This document shows, piece after piece, positions 1 to 42,260 of a stretch of DNA of 64,000 nucleotides. Each line of letters starts with the position of its first letter. Position 1 is the first letter of the stretch. The DNA lies in the NCBI GenBank assembly GCA_963693365.1, contig CAVNZM010000009.1, positions 6,726,171 to 6,790,170 on the forward strand, in the 5' to 3' direction. This DNA is from Amoebidium appalachense. Its lineage: Eukaryota > Protista > Ichthyosporea. The notes under the pieces are model-generated. The model saw only the letters and a program-made list of their open reading frames with translations. It was not told the DNA's origin and made no database searches. Both the position numbers and the translations under genes were made by a program.

Positions 1-28130
<28,130 letters not shown>

Positions 28131-28207
28131 CTTGAGGATTTGGCAAAACCGTGCCTCTCCCACACCAAGACGTCTCCTACTCTGTCCAATGGCCAAGTCC
28201 TCCCGGA

Positions 28208-28243
<36 letters not shown>

Positions 28244-28376
28244 CCCCCCCGCCCCCACCTTTTCTCCCGCCTACATCACTCCTGGCGGCATAACATTGCA
28301 CATGCTTCTCAGCTGGCACTACCGTAGATCTACAATGTCCGCATGTGTATTTAAGAACAGGTGTGTACAGCCATCC

Positions 28377-28427
28377 CTACCGTACCACGGCCATCTAGAG
28401 ACTCTCTAGATGGCCGTGCTACCGTAC
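28377..28427. mobile_element. 33-bp perfect palindrome flanked by a 9-bp direct repeat (micro-MITE or transposon footprint)
   Basis: CTACCGTAC-[CACGGCCATCTAGAGA C TCTCTAGATGGCCGTG]-CTACCGTAC. Confidence 0.7.
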
Positions 28428-28688
28428 ATAGATCTACAACAATGTCTGCGTGTGTAATTCTAGACTCTGTGTGTACAGCCTTGCCATGATCTCTCTCCAT
28501 CCCTCCATCCCTCTTGCCTGATCAGCTCTCTTTCCCTCCGCACAACCCGACTCTCACTGCCTCACTCTCCCCCTCGAACTCTCTCTCTAGTCTCTTTCGC
28601 TCACTCGCTCTCTCGGGCCCGCCCCCGATCGTCCACCCACCCTTGTTTCCCTCCCCCCCCCCCTCTCTCTCTCTCTGTCTCTCTCTCT

Positions 28689-28724
<36 letters not shown>

Positions 28725-28734
28725 CCTCTCTTCT

Positions 28735-28834
<100 letters not shown>

Positions 28835-28849
28835 ACTCACTCTCTCTCA

Positions 28850-28943
<94 letters not shown>

Positions 28944-30441
28944 AACCCCGCTCTTTCTCACCGACCAATCCCCCCCCCCTCCGCCCCTCTCTTGTTCTCT
29001 CTCTCCCTCCCCCTCCCCCTCTTTTTTTTATTCCACCCGCCCTCCCCCCTCCCCCCGCCTCCCCCCTCCCCCCCCGCCCCTCTCCCGGCCCCATCTCCAT
29101 CTCTCCAGTCCACAGGATCTCGCTAGACCTCTTTCCCTCAAAATCTCTAGTTCCCTTCTCGTGACATGTATCATGATTTCTCTCTGAGAGGTTCTCTCTG
29201 CTTACCCCCCGGCCCCCCCCCCTCCCCCCCCCTCTCCTTTCCTTCCCCCCTCCTCCACCCCCCACCCCACCCCCCTCCTCCCCTTCTCCTCCTCCTCCTA
29301 GAGGCTCTTGAACCGCTTTTCTCCGTTTCTCCTTTTGAACTTGCAACACTTTTTCCGCTCCGGCCGCATGATCATGATGATACTTTTCACCTATAAATAA
29401 ACGTTGGCTGGCCCGGCTGGGTTCCAACTTCCAACTTCCAAGCCTTTGAAATTATTTGAACATTTGGGGAAAGACCGCCCAAAGGACCGGAGCCCTTTTT
29501 AGCCTTTGTGACTTATGATATTTAAAAAAATATAATTGTTTATATTATAATAGATAGCATAAGTTTATTGTAACGAGTTTTGTTGGTATGGGCATCTAAG
29601 ACTGAAAATAGAAAATCAAGAAACAGAATTTAGCAGGCCCCAGAGCCAGAGGGTTTGGAGGGATTCTTTCAAGTCAGGATCTTTGCAGGTATTGGTTGTC
29701 TAAGAAAGGGAGGCAAAACGTCATTCATCGTCATCACCCGTTTCATTATGTCATTATTTATAAGAAATGAGGCTATGGCTTTTTCTGTCTTTTTGGTTAT
29801 TTATCATATATAAATTATTATGAGTCATATTTTTATGCCCTACTTTTTGTCGTTCTCCGAACTTTGCTACTGTACATGTTAGTGGTCTGGCCCAGGGCCG
29901 CGGCCGCCTGTTGGGATCTTTTTACATCAATATTCTAGCCTGTTGATTGGGCTTATGTGGCTCTTTAAAGGCTTTGCACAACCATAACACTGTTCATTGG
30001 TTTTATATCATGAACACGTTTGATGGCAGATCTAGGTGGCTTCTTCTATATAAAACCAGTTGTCCTGTTGCCACTTTTCAGTTTCCAAGCCAAGGGACCT
30101 CCACCACTTTTTCCCAAAATCACCGCCAAGAACAGTCTTTTTTGAATTTCATACACTTTCCAGTCGTGTATTACATACCGTATATGCATTTGCGACTCTT
30201 TACGGTTAGTGCTGGCGGAAAATCAAAGGCGTTCTTGAGTAACGTACGAAACAAAACTTGAAGAGATTGTGCTTCCCAATTTTTTTGTTTTGCTTTGCCA
30301 CACGCACCAAAAACTTGTGCATATGATCGATATCGAATCGATTGAAACCAGTACTGTTTTTTCGTTTGCTCCAACCTACACATTTTCTAAAGTAGGTCTA
30401 GATAGACCTTGCGGTGTAGGCAGCTGCAGCGGCCCACGTCG

Positions 30442-31134
30442 ATGAACTCTTGTACCATGTTCGCTTCCACCGGTGCATATGCAGACCCTGCAATGGGCCC
30501 TGGAAGCTACGTGAACATGGCCAAAATGGGATCGAAAGAGTCGCTCATAAATGACCCTCGCGTGATGCAAAACATGCAAGCACGTCTAGCAGGGGGAGCT
30601 GTACATGTGGATTCACTGCTTGCAAACGGACAGCAGAGCGTACATGCGTACAGTGAATATGTGGTGAAGGATTCGTATGCGGCCGTGACATCCGATCAAA
30701 TCAACCGGTTGTTGTTCGACCTGCTTGTTGATGTGGATGCAGAGGCGGAAAATGAACTGGCCATGGATATGGTAAGAATAATGATACTAATTAATTATGT
30801 GTTGGGTTCTTATTAATAATGGTAGACCTAGACTGTGATGTGTTTGCCGACGCTTACATGTGGTGTGGAGTGTCACGTGGTGATGTGCATGCCGCTTCTT
30901 TTCACGTGCATGCTCTGACTCACTGGCTGCAGTGCAAGGCTTGCGCGGGGTTGTGGTGCACCTGCTGGTGTTTTTGTGGTTGCAATGGGGTATGTGTGGG
31001 CCCCACAACCGGGGTATATCATTAGCTTAGCACCCCAGTGTTTTGAATTGCACGTCCCGGCCTCCGTGCGTATACATGTGCATGCTTGCTTCTCAACATC
31101 AAAAAGTAAGAGTTAGAGTTTGGAAAGCGCGGGG

Positions 31135-31166
<32 letters not shown>

Positions 31167-31724
31167 AGGGGGGGGGGGGGGGGGGGGAGGCGCGGTATGA
31201 CATTAATTCACGTGGTAACGATTTCCGGTTTTTCTTTATTTTTATGTTCTTTTCAAACCCGCAGGGAGACAGCCATATTCTAGTTGTCTTCCCAGAAGTC
31301 GACAGCAACACAACCGTGGCTGCAATCGGCAATTTCTCCCGGCAGTCTTTCACTGGCCCCGTCCCCATGCAGACAAGCTATGCCGCCTCAACGCATTTTC
31401 CAGCGGGAAAACACCAACAGAGATTCGTTGAACTCGATTCTCTACAGAACCAACTGGATTCGTCGGGGCCCGAAATGGTGAACATGGGGGCTTATAGCGC
31501 GCAGATCATACCGCAGAGAGGCTACGTGGGGGGGACCAATCGTAATACCATAGCAAATTTGGTGAATCACGCACCAGCCTTCAACTTTAGCCAAAATCTT
31601 AACCAGCAAAATATCCATCATCAGAATTTGGCGTCCAGCCAAATCGCGCCGACCCACTATCCCGGGACAATCCAAGGGCAATATCCCAGTCTTGCGCTTA
31701 TGGCGCAGCAAATGGCTTTGCGCC

Positions 31725-31807
<83 letters not shown>

Positions 31808-32778
31808 CCACCTATCCAACAGAAGAAATCCACCGCCACTATACACGGGCCGGCACCTACGGTGAAATCGAAAACCTCGAAAACCATTACACCCAGCAAC
31901 ACCACCACCACCAACAGCAGTAGCGAATCCTCCACTACCTCCCCAATCGTACCACTCGCATTGAAAACTAAAATCGCTCAGCTACCGCCACTTTCAGAAA
32001 AGGCCAGAAACCGGTGAATTCTCTAAAGGAAAAACGGAAAATGTCGGCTGGTGATGCTTCAAAGGCGCAAAAGAATCGAGAGACACCGTACAGCGCCCCT
32101 GCCACCACCAACACAACCCCCCAGCGAAGAGCCTCAAAAACACCGGTGTCGGCCAATCAACAGTCCCCGGTAAATTCAAACGTCAGCACGCCCATAAGAA
32201 AACTTCCAAGCATCGGCTCGAATATTCTTATTGCCCAACCCGCCGGCGAGATTAGCGAGATGAAAGCTGCAAAACGCAATCAGGTTACGATTGCCATTAA
32301 CCCCGCTTACATTGTCAATGTTTCAGGAAGCACGATTGTCTCCACGCCGGAAATTTCTAGACCCTCACAGATGACTATGGATGATGCGAACAGTACCCCA
32401 AGCGATGCAATATAGTACCCCTAGCGAGGCAACCACTCCCAACGTGACCGCCAAGCCACACACCGGCAAGAACCCCCCCAGGCATGCGAGCGATGAAAAT
32501 TTAACGGTCAGCTCTCATTGGGCGAGCCATCAGGACGCGTGTGGTACTGACACTACTCCAGTCATAGACACAGACAATGCGCATGCACAATCGGAATATC
32601 GGGATAATGATTCGTTTTTTACGCAAATGGCTTTTGATGAGGAGGGCCCGGGGATGGATTTGGGTGATGGGTGTGGTCCTCTGGGGTTTGCTGGTTTGGG
32701 ATTGGGGAAGAGGTGGAAGATATGTTGAATACTTTGGAGCAGGTGGAAACTGGTGATGGCTACTCGTACATGTTTTGA
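30442..32778 (+). CDS. Hypothetical polyQ/Ser-Thr-rich protein, 2 exons (30442-30771, 31265-32778), with about 3 apparent frameshifts
   Basis: ATG|gtaag donor and cag|GGA acceptor in phase 0; (CAA)n polyQ; basic KEKRK; acidic tail EEVEDMLNTLEQVETGDGYSYMF*; consecutive ORFs 31043..32017, 32014..32415 and 32381..32728 overlap in shifted frames. Confidence 0.65.
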
Positions 32779-33060
32779 AAGAGGTCGCACGGTTTAATGG
32801 CACTGGTTGTTTCGTTTTTTCTCGTATATTTACGCGCGGCATTACGTCTGAGACATAATATTTCCTTGTCAATGAAGTGTCCTTATGCATGACGATAACA
32901 TTAGAAGTTAAGGTATGGTGCAATACGCACGCATGCGCACGTGTGCGCACACATACGTACACACAAACGCACGCACATGTACTCCCACACGCACTTGCAC
33001 AATAACATGCACACACACGCACACACACACAAGCACACCACACACACATGCACTCGCGCA

Positions 33061-33145
<85 letters not shown>

Positions 33146-33877
33146 GCACGCACGAATTATGCCGATGCGCGCACGTCCGTCTATATATCGAACACTTGGG
33201 AATTGTCCACCTGGCCCACACGTGAACGCAACCCAGAGTCATATGGTCATCCCGTTAGTTCGTATTTTTTGATTTTCCATTTTTTTTGTTTTCCCCACCT
33301 TTTTTTTTTTTTTTTTTTTTTTTCAAGGGTGAGGTAGGGTTAGGGAAAGGGGGGGGGGGGGAGGGGGGGGGGGGGGGGGGGGGGGGGTTAGCTGTACTGT
33401 ATGCGGGTGAAGGTAGTGTTATGCAAGAGCTTGAATATTCAACTGAGATTTTGTTGTACAGTATGCACGGTATATGTATGATGTTTGTACTAGTGCAGCA
33501 CGGTGAAGCGAGTGTGCACAATCGGGCTGTGATTATGATACATTCATATCTAGCAGTAAACTAATAGTGTAAATGGGCCAACCCTGGCTAGCTATCTTCA
33601 ACTTGGTTACAATAGTTATGATAAAATATCGTTAACGCAACTGTGCAACTCAGTCCGCTAACGCTGGTTCTTAAACAATGTGCATCATGCTGATTCTGAT
33701 TTCACATTCCGGATTAGAAATCAAGATGCACACTGTCAGAACTGTTGATTTGCGAGGCATAATTCTTGCATACCACAAGCATCATATACATCTCCCTATA
33801 TCCAATACACCTCACTACCAATAGCCATGTAAGCTTCATACCGGGCCCAACCCCTTCACCTCTTCTCCCCTCCCTCC

Positions 33878-33922
<45 letters not shown>

Positions 33923-34449
33923 TTCCCCTCCTTCCTCCCATGCTCCCTGGGGGGGGGGGGGAGGGAATGTAAATCTCCTTTAAAATTTTTAGCAATGCTT
34001 CACGGTACTGGTATGGGTGCAACCGATCAAGCAATTGACCAGAATAACGAAGAGAGACCCCGGGTTTTAAGGGGGGTTTCTTTTAGCTTTCCGGGTCGGG
34101 TCGGGTCGGGTCGGCAGGATTTCCAGCTAGGTGATTGGCCTGCTGCAACATCAGAGCCGGTCCCCGTAACCGACACGTTTTGCCGGCAGCAAGGGAGAAA
34201 AGAAAAGAAAGAAGAAGAAAAATGAAAGAAAAAGGAAAGAAGAATAACCAAGCCTTGACCCGGATGTGCTGGAATGTGACCACTTCATCAGCCTAAAAGA
34301 AACTCCATTTAATGGTTTTCGAAATAGGTAGACGTTTAAAATTTCAAAATGAAAAAACTTAAGCCTTAAAGTTTAAGGTCGGTTTGTGCAGTTTTCTGCC
34401 CGTGAGCCAGGACCCTCTGGGGAAAGGGAGGGAGAGGCGGGGAACGGGG

Positions 34450-34487
<38 letters not shown>

Positions 34488-34712
34488 GACCGAAGTTAAG
34501 GGGTGGTTCACTAATAGGACAACAGCTAAATCGGGAGTAAACTCTAGAATCATAAGGTTCCTGGGTAGTAGGGTTCTTTACCTTAACCCCCCCTCCCCCC
34601 CCCCCCTATATTTATTTTTTTTGTATTGCCACTTTGACGCTGGCTTGTGTTCGTGTACTGGTTTAAAATTATGCTGTTTCATTTTGTTTTGTTTAGGCAG
34701 TGCGAGCGCGCG

Positions 34713-34770
<58 letters not shown>

Positions 34771-35971
34771 GAACAAACAGGCGCATACGCTCGCACACCG
34801 TGATACAAACCGTACCCACACACATAATCTCTCTCGTGATCAGACTAACTTGTGGCAAACACATACACCATGATTTTTGAAGTTTTCATCTTGTATTAAG
34901 AAATCAAGAAAACTCTATGCTTTTTTGGTACTCGATTTTGGTAGAAGCTACTGAATGAGAAGCTTATCGCCTAGATGCTTTTGTGTAAGTTGTGCGCCCT
35001 GGAAATCAAAGCCTCCCCCCCCCCCCTTTCCTCCCCCCGCGTTTTATATTGAATTTTCCCCAGCCTCGGTATGCTCTAGAAACTTGATTTATATATGTGA
35101 TTTATCTTATGAATGAACCACCCCTGTACGGGAGTTTTCTGCATGGTTAGGGCAACTTAATAACTTTGAAAAAAACTTACAGACTGGGTCGAGGAAATAT
35201 CTCGAGAGAGGTGGCGCGGAAAGGCAGCTGGTTGGGTAGGGGGAGGTATGTATGTGTGCGCCGGGGGAGGGGGGGGGGGGGGGGGGGGGGAGGGGGGGAG
35301 GAGGAGGGAGGGGGGGGGGGGGGGGGGGGGGGACAAAGAAAGAGCAAAAGACGAATGAACAAGAGTATTAAGCAGGAGAAAGGGATAAGAGTAGGGGACA
35401 GGGGGCTGGGAAAGGGATTGCGGGTGGGACTGGGGAGGAGGAAGGGGGGGGGAGGGGGTGGGGGGTGGGGGGGGGGGGGAGGGGGAGAGTGCTGGGGCGG
35501 GCGTGTGGGTGGGGGGTGGGAGGGGAAGGGTAATTGTTGCCTGACAACCCTTGAATTTTCCTTTTTTGAGCCACTGGCTCACACAGCAATACAGTATTAT
35601 CTTAGAATCTTCAAACCCTTCCGGGCCCAAACCCCCCGTCCCCCCCCCACCCCCCACCCCCGGTCCCCCCCACAACCCGCACCCCTTGAAGCTTCTTGAG
35701 AGCTGGGGCAGGGCGGGGCAGGGCGGGGCGGGGCGGGGCCCGACAGGGGGGAGGGGGGGGGGGGGGAGAAGGGGGGGGGAGGGGGAGGGGGGGTAGGGGG
35801 AGGGGGGGGATAACGTGTTAAGGAGGTGTCTGTGCGCGCGTCCGTGTGCGTGTTACTTTGTGTGGGTGTGTGTGTGTGCCGTGGTTCTTGTGCGCGTTAG
35901 TGTCAACGTGTGGCAGCGCATGCGCATCATCTTTGGATGTGGCGGTAGTGGCCATGCTGCCACTGGGGGCG

Positions 35972-36005
<34 letters not shown>

Positions 36006-36639
36006 AGAGGGGGGAAGGGAAGAAGGAGGAGGGGAGGGGGGGGGGGGGGGGGGGGGTCACAGACCGTGACAGGTAAGGGTCCTTGGAGATGTACCGCATG
36101 TGGCAATTGCGGAGACATGGTAGGAATCCTGAAGTAAGGAGGGAAGGGGGGAGGATTTTGCTTTTGGAATTCCACTTTAATCAAGCCTCGAAAATTTACA
36201 CAGTAACTTACAACGTGAACTTGTAACATTCATGCCGCCTAAACTATCATATTATTTTATTGCTGTAAAACTAAGTAAAATAAATACAAACCCCAAAGTG
36301 GCACCATACAGAAATGCACAACTTTCACTGCCCTGCCCTCGTCTTGGTATACACAGCATGCTACAAGAAGAAGACTTAAAGCGAATCCTCCGAGTTCATT
36401 GTGTATTATATGTATGGTTTTATATAACGTAAAGTAGTTCCTAGGGTGTTGTACAGTGTCAAACACAGCATGCTAACGTTTACTCCCTCTATACCCAGCC
36501 CGAAGTCCCGGTATGGATTATTACGCTAAAAGCATGAAAAAAAAACAAAAAATTCCGTTGCTCTCCTAATCCTAGTGAGTTATCACGCCTCTATGATTTC
36601 ATTTTCCCCTTTTCATTTCATTTTACCCGGTAAGTTTTC

Positions 36640-39060
36640 CACTACCCATATAACACCCAAAGACCCACTCGTACATTCTTCAACCCACACGACTCGCTGA
36701 GCACGCCCGTTCCCGTAATCATTAAAAACATAAACAACAAAAACACAACTGCCTGTAGATTTGCAATCTGCGGCTCAATCGTCTCTATGCCGTCCTGTCC
36801 CATTAGAAGTTCGTAAAATAGATTTGTTATGATTTTTGCTTTTTCTGATGCGTTTTCACGGTTTTCGAATGTTACGTGGTGCACGGTGGCTCTTAAACGA
36901 GCGGTGATTGCTGTTACTTGAAGTTTGAGACGTCCGGAGAGTTGCGCGAATGCTGTATGGGGGCTGGAATGTAGTTTAGTAAAAGAACAAAAAATTGGGG
37001 AAAAGCGAGATGAAAGCGTGATGGCATGGGAGTATACTGGGGGCAAAAAACTTTGAGCAAGTGTGCATGTGCAGACGGTGTTCATGTGTGTGTATGTGTG
37101 GCTGTGTGCGCGTGTTTTCCCTGATGTTCCGAGTATACACATGAAAGCCTAAATGAGCAGTCTTTTCAAACCACATTGCTTGTACAAAGTTCAGCCCCCC
37201 CCCCCCCCCCCCCCCCCCTCCATCCCCCTCCCCTTTCATACATTCCGCCTCTCGAGCTCCCCCTTCCCTCTCCCTCTCCCCCCCCCCCCCACCCCTCCCC
37301 CCGCCCCCTTCTTTTTTTTTTTTCTTTTTAGCTTTTCGTTCCACAGACGTACACCTCACCTTAATTGCTCGATAGATTCCTCTGCAACATCAACGCTATC
37401 CACATCTCCCCCATCTTTCAACGCATCGTAAACCCTTCTACCGTACACCGTCAAATACCGCAGCTTTGCGCTGGCAGCACGCATAATGGCCGATTCCTTT
37501 TCCTGGGGGCTCAAATTCACGTCGGCGAAAACAGATTCTAGATGGGGTTGCACTTGTCTTGCAGCATCCAAATAGATTGGTGTCATTCTTGTTGTCCATT
37601 CTGTGCACGTGGGTGGTAATGAAAAAATGAAAATAAAGGGTATGGTTAGCGCAAAGTCGAACATGCCATGGGCCAGGAAGGACATATACACTGAATTAAT
37701 ATTTATTTTGCTATGGATGCTGAGAACGAGAAAGAGCATGAATTAATGTAGTAAAATGTGGATTTGAGGTCTATAACTTCTATACACATACAACTGTTGC
37801 CTCTGCACATCTGGTTGGTGTATTTTTGGCTGTGTGGTAGATATTTGAACGCCGGATCTGTAGTACAAACTGTAGAATGTGTGTTTGGCTTGATGGCGGG
37901 CACAATAAGGGTCTGAAACTGAAGGTAGGCCAGGCCAAGACATTAAACATCATATTCATGCGCGATGCATGGCTGTATCAGAGTATGATAATCAGATTGT
38001 TGTTTTCTTTTTTCTTTCTTGTTATTTCTTTCTTTCTTTCTTTCTTTTTTTTTTCTTCTTTTTTTTCTTTTTTTTTTTCTAGGTATTCATGAGCACGTGC
38101 ACGTCAGCTGAAAGGCCACTTACTTTGGAGTGTCTGTGCCTGCTTCTCTTCAGACCATTGTTGTGTTGTTGGTTCAGTCGACGTTTCTCCTCCTCTCGAC
38201 GTGGTGTGGGTAACCATGCCGGCTGCAATATTCTCGAGAGGCATGCCCACGCCCACTTTCAATGAGACATAGAAAAGGGAAAAAACTAAGCGAGCTGCTG
38301 CAGCCATTATATATAGTTTTTGTCGTTTTTGTATGCCTTCTTGCCTGGCGTTGTAGAAGGCGTCACGGAGCATATGTATATGGGTCACGCGCATCCGGTG
38401 AGGCGAAACTCAGTTGCAGACATGGACCGGTACATGTATGTATGTAGATAGATACCATAGGTCTGTATCTGCATGCAGCCGGGTGCACGTCGTGGTGAAC
38501 TTTAAGAGTGGCCTGCAGCAAAAAAAATCCTTCAAGTGCTGGTATGCGGTTGGGCGCATGCACACATCTGGAACTAATCAAACCTGTGGGGTGTACTGGC
38601 TTTGCCCGTATGATTATTACTCCTTTGCAGGTACGTATGGTGGGTTCATAGTCGAACGGTCACGGAAAACCAATGTTTGGGGTATATTATGTATATATAT
38701 GTAACGAGTGGAATGTCCTTTCCACGCAGTGACTTCAGAATTCAGCGCAGTTAACGTTGTGAAGAGATATTCTAGTAGGGAACTCTCTGTGGGGAGTCCA
38801 CTGCTGGTCTGTTGTTCGCGTATGGGTTTGACAAGATTCAAATGATGTTACAGTACACTGTTGAACCAAATATATGCATCAGAAAGGAAGAAAATCTTTG
38901 ATACGACCTGATAGGACAAGCAGTCTATTTTGGCTCGCGATGTGCATAAATATACCTCGAGGCGCACATGTACACACTTGTCAAAACATGTTGTTTCAAG
39001 CCTGCCAGCACGGGATTGCGATGCCCGCGATCACACCAAAGTCGAGCTTCTTTTTTGAGC
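36640..39060 (-). CDS. Putative multi-exon hypothetical gene or pseudogene of unknown family
   Basis: Non-repetitive helical-looking peptides (MTPIYLDAARQVQPHLESVF...EESIEQLR|gtgagg; TAFAQLSGRLKLQVTAITARLR...LFYELLMGQDGIETIEPQIANLQ; KPIREQQ...LLEYLFTTLTALNSEV) with plausible splice sites; the full model is not resolvable. Confidence 0.4.
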
Positions 39061-40441
39061 CCTCTAGACGATAAAAAGATCATATGTAATGAAATATAAG
39101 CCTATATAATTTAAGGTTTTTTGGAGGAAGGACGAAGAAACATCTACAGCATATTACCGTTATTTCATCGTCTTGCGTATGAACTTGCACTGGACCACTC
39201 TTGACCGTTTCTTTTTTTCAAGATCTATAGGTTCAGGATGACGGTGGGATAGCGATACATTCCTACGGGTGCGCATCTAACCAATTGGAGCATAGGTGGA
39301 GGCACGGCCGTTGGCACCGCTATTATTGCTCAGAAGCCTTATATAGATGATCGCACTCCAAATTTCCAGTCCTAACGTTTGTTTGGGGTGCGTGCCACCG
39401 CGTGGGGAAACATGACACGTGTATTATAGAGGTCCCTACGAACACGCTGCTCTTCCACATTCAGCAAATTCAGTCTTGCACGCGTGGCCATAGTATCTCA
39501 AACGGTCATGGTCATACATACGGTATTGCCTGCGTCTGCACCAACCCTCCGTTGCCATAGTAAGTAGCGTGAACTGTAGCCTCAGGGTACACAGCTGCAG
39601 CTGTGCCGTGACTGCCGTCCGAGTAACTAGTCATCTGTGAAGGCGAGAGCCAACCATTTTTTGGAGATCTGCGCATGTGGCCCCGAGTCGCTCGGGCAAG
39701 CTTGGGAGGTCCAGGACCACAGGTCGACCCAGTGGCGGCGCGAGTCACTAACTAAAGAGCTTTAATTAAGGGTCAAATACTTGTCACAACTCCTCGATAC
39801 TGTACCTTCACGAGTGCAGGCTACTATTTATGACAATGCACCCGATTCAGTCCAACCCAATCATATATATAGGCATATGCATGGGTGTATCAGAGGGTGT
39901 ATTCACTGTGCAGTACAAGTACGTACAACATAGTAGGGCCGGCAAGCCTTTTGACATGTCTCTGGTTTTGCCGCTAATAAAAAGAGTCTCGAGCTCAGTT
40001 TCGATAATTGCTACATTTGGACCGCGTAGGAGACCTTAACTTGAATGTGGGTGAGTACTCTGGTACCGTAGTAGTGTCGTCTCGCCATCCCCTCTCTCCG
40101 GATCCACACGACTGGCTACCAACCAGAAAACCTCTTCTGGCAAGGGGGCCACTAGTACTCTAATCAAAGTTTTCAAAATCGGTTCTTTTTTTTTTTTTCT
40201 TGGAGATTTTGAATCCCGTCAAAGCCTCTGCCACACTCGCACATGATCATACTAAACACGCGCGTGCGCACACACACACAAATACACACACATACGCGTG
40301 CGCGCGTGCACGCACACGCACACACACACGCACACGCACACACACACGCACGCACGCCCGCACGCCCGCACACACACACACACACACACACGTGCGCCCC
40401 CTCTCCCCCCCCCACCCCCCCACACACACAAGCGCACGCAT

Positions 40442-40540
<99 letters not shown>

Positions 40541-41202
40541 CGTTAGGCTGTGCACACATATCCACATGTACACACACTCGAGCACACACACCACTTGGAG
40601 GCCAAGAAATATATAGATAGAGAAAAACGATTCAAAAAGAGAACGAGGTACAGTCTAAGAACAATACGGAAGATTATCACAATTCAAAAGCGAAGGAAAA
40701 AGAAGAACATTGAATAAGGAACATCAGATATCCAGATACCAATACATATCATTGATTGCGCTCATGGCCAGGCCGTGACCATCGGTATTGGGCCAAAAAA
40801 TAAAATTACCATTCGTAGAGGTAAGCAGACCGGATTAACTAATTTTTTATTTCCTTTTCATTTTTCTTCTTCTCTTCTCTTCGAGTCATTCCGCAGTCTT
40901 TCTTTCTTTGTTTGTTTCTTTCTCTCTTTCCTTCCTTCTTTCTTTTTTCTTTTCCTTTTTCTTTTCCTTTTTTTTTTTTTTTTTTGGGGGGGGGGGGGGG
41001 AGGAAATTAAATTGAGTAGGGGATGGATGGGGGTGAAGGAAGAGAGGGGGGGGCGGGGGGGGGGGGGGGGGGGGGGGGGGGGAGGGGGGGGGGAAGGGGG
41101 GGGGGGGGGGGGGCGGAGACGGGCGCCCACTCTCTCTTATATTGCTCCACGTACACTGCTCCCATTTCTGAATAGATGATATTCCCAACCTCCAGCTCTC
41201 CC

Positions 41203-41298
<96 letters not shown>

Positions 41299-41781
41299 CA
41301 CGCCCTTGCCCCCGACTCCTCGAGCCTCCCCCTCCCCCCCCCCGGCTCACCACTCCTCGCAGTCCTCCTCCCTCCCCTCCCCCCCCCCCCCCCCCCTCCC
41401 AACCACCACTCCTCCTCAATTCCATCCCTCCCCCCCCCCCCCCCGCCCCCCCCAGGTGCTAGCCCGACCACCACCACCTAAAACTTACACGGGCATCCTC
41501 TGTGTCGTTAGGTGCATGAGTATTCTGATGTAGGTGTACCATCCTGCCTGAAGGTATTGAAGACGGAGCCAAGTGGAAATCGGTAGCATCTTTGAGGTGA
41601 AACTTATCACATAAAAAAAAATAAACTTCAATATAATGAAACTCAGTGTCGGGTCTGATTTGAAAAGCACTTTGATTCTTGTTACAATTCAAACAGTCTA
41701 GTGAGAAACGAGGCAGAAAGCAGAAGCAATAACTGAAACTAAAAACTTCCATGTTTTACCCACTGCGTGTGGTGTCTGAGC

Positions 41782-41931
<150 letters not shown>

Positions 41932-42215
41932 TGTGTGTGTGTGTGTCAGTGACACAGTGCACTTGGTTTAATTATGAGAGAGAGAAAGGGGGGGGAGGGG
42001 GAGTGAGAGAGAGGGGATAGGGGGGGGGGGGGGGGGAGGGGGGGAGGGAGGGGGACGTGGGGGTGGGGGGGTGGGGGGGGGGGGGGGGGGGGGGGGGGGG
42101 GAGAGAGACTCAGAGAAATGTGTGTGCACGGTGGGGCGCTCGTGCGTGGGTGCAGGTTTGCATGTGTGTGATGTGTGCGTGTGTGTTGGGGGGAGGGGGG
42201 GGGGTGGGAGGCGGG

Positions 42216-42260
<45 letters not shown>

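Noticed and set aside
34030-34590. Possible TTAA-flanked DNA transposon ends
   Set aside because: No convincing matching terminal inverted repeats could be paired
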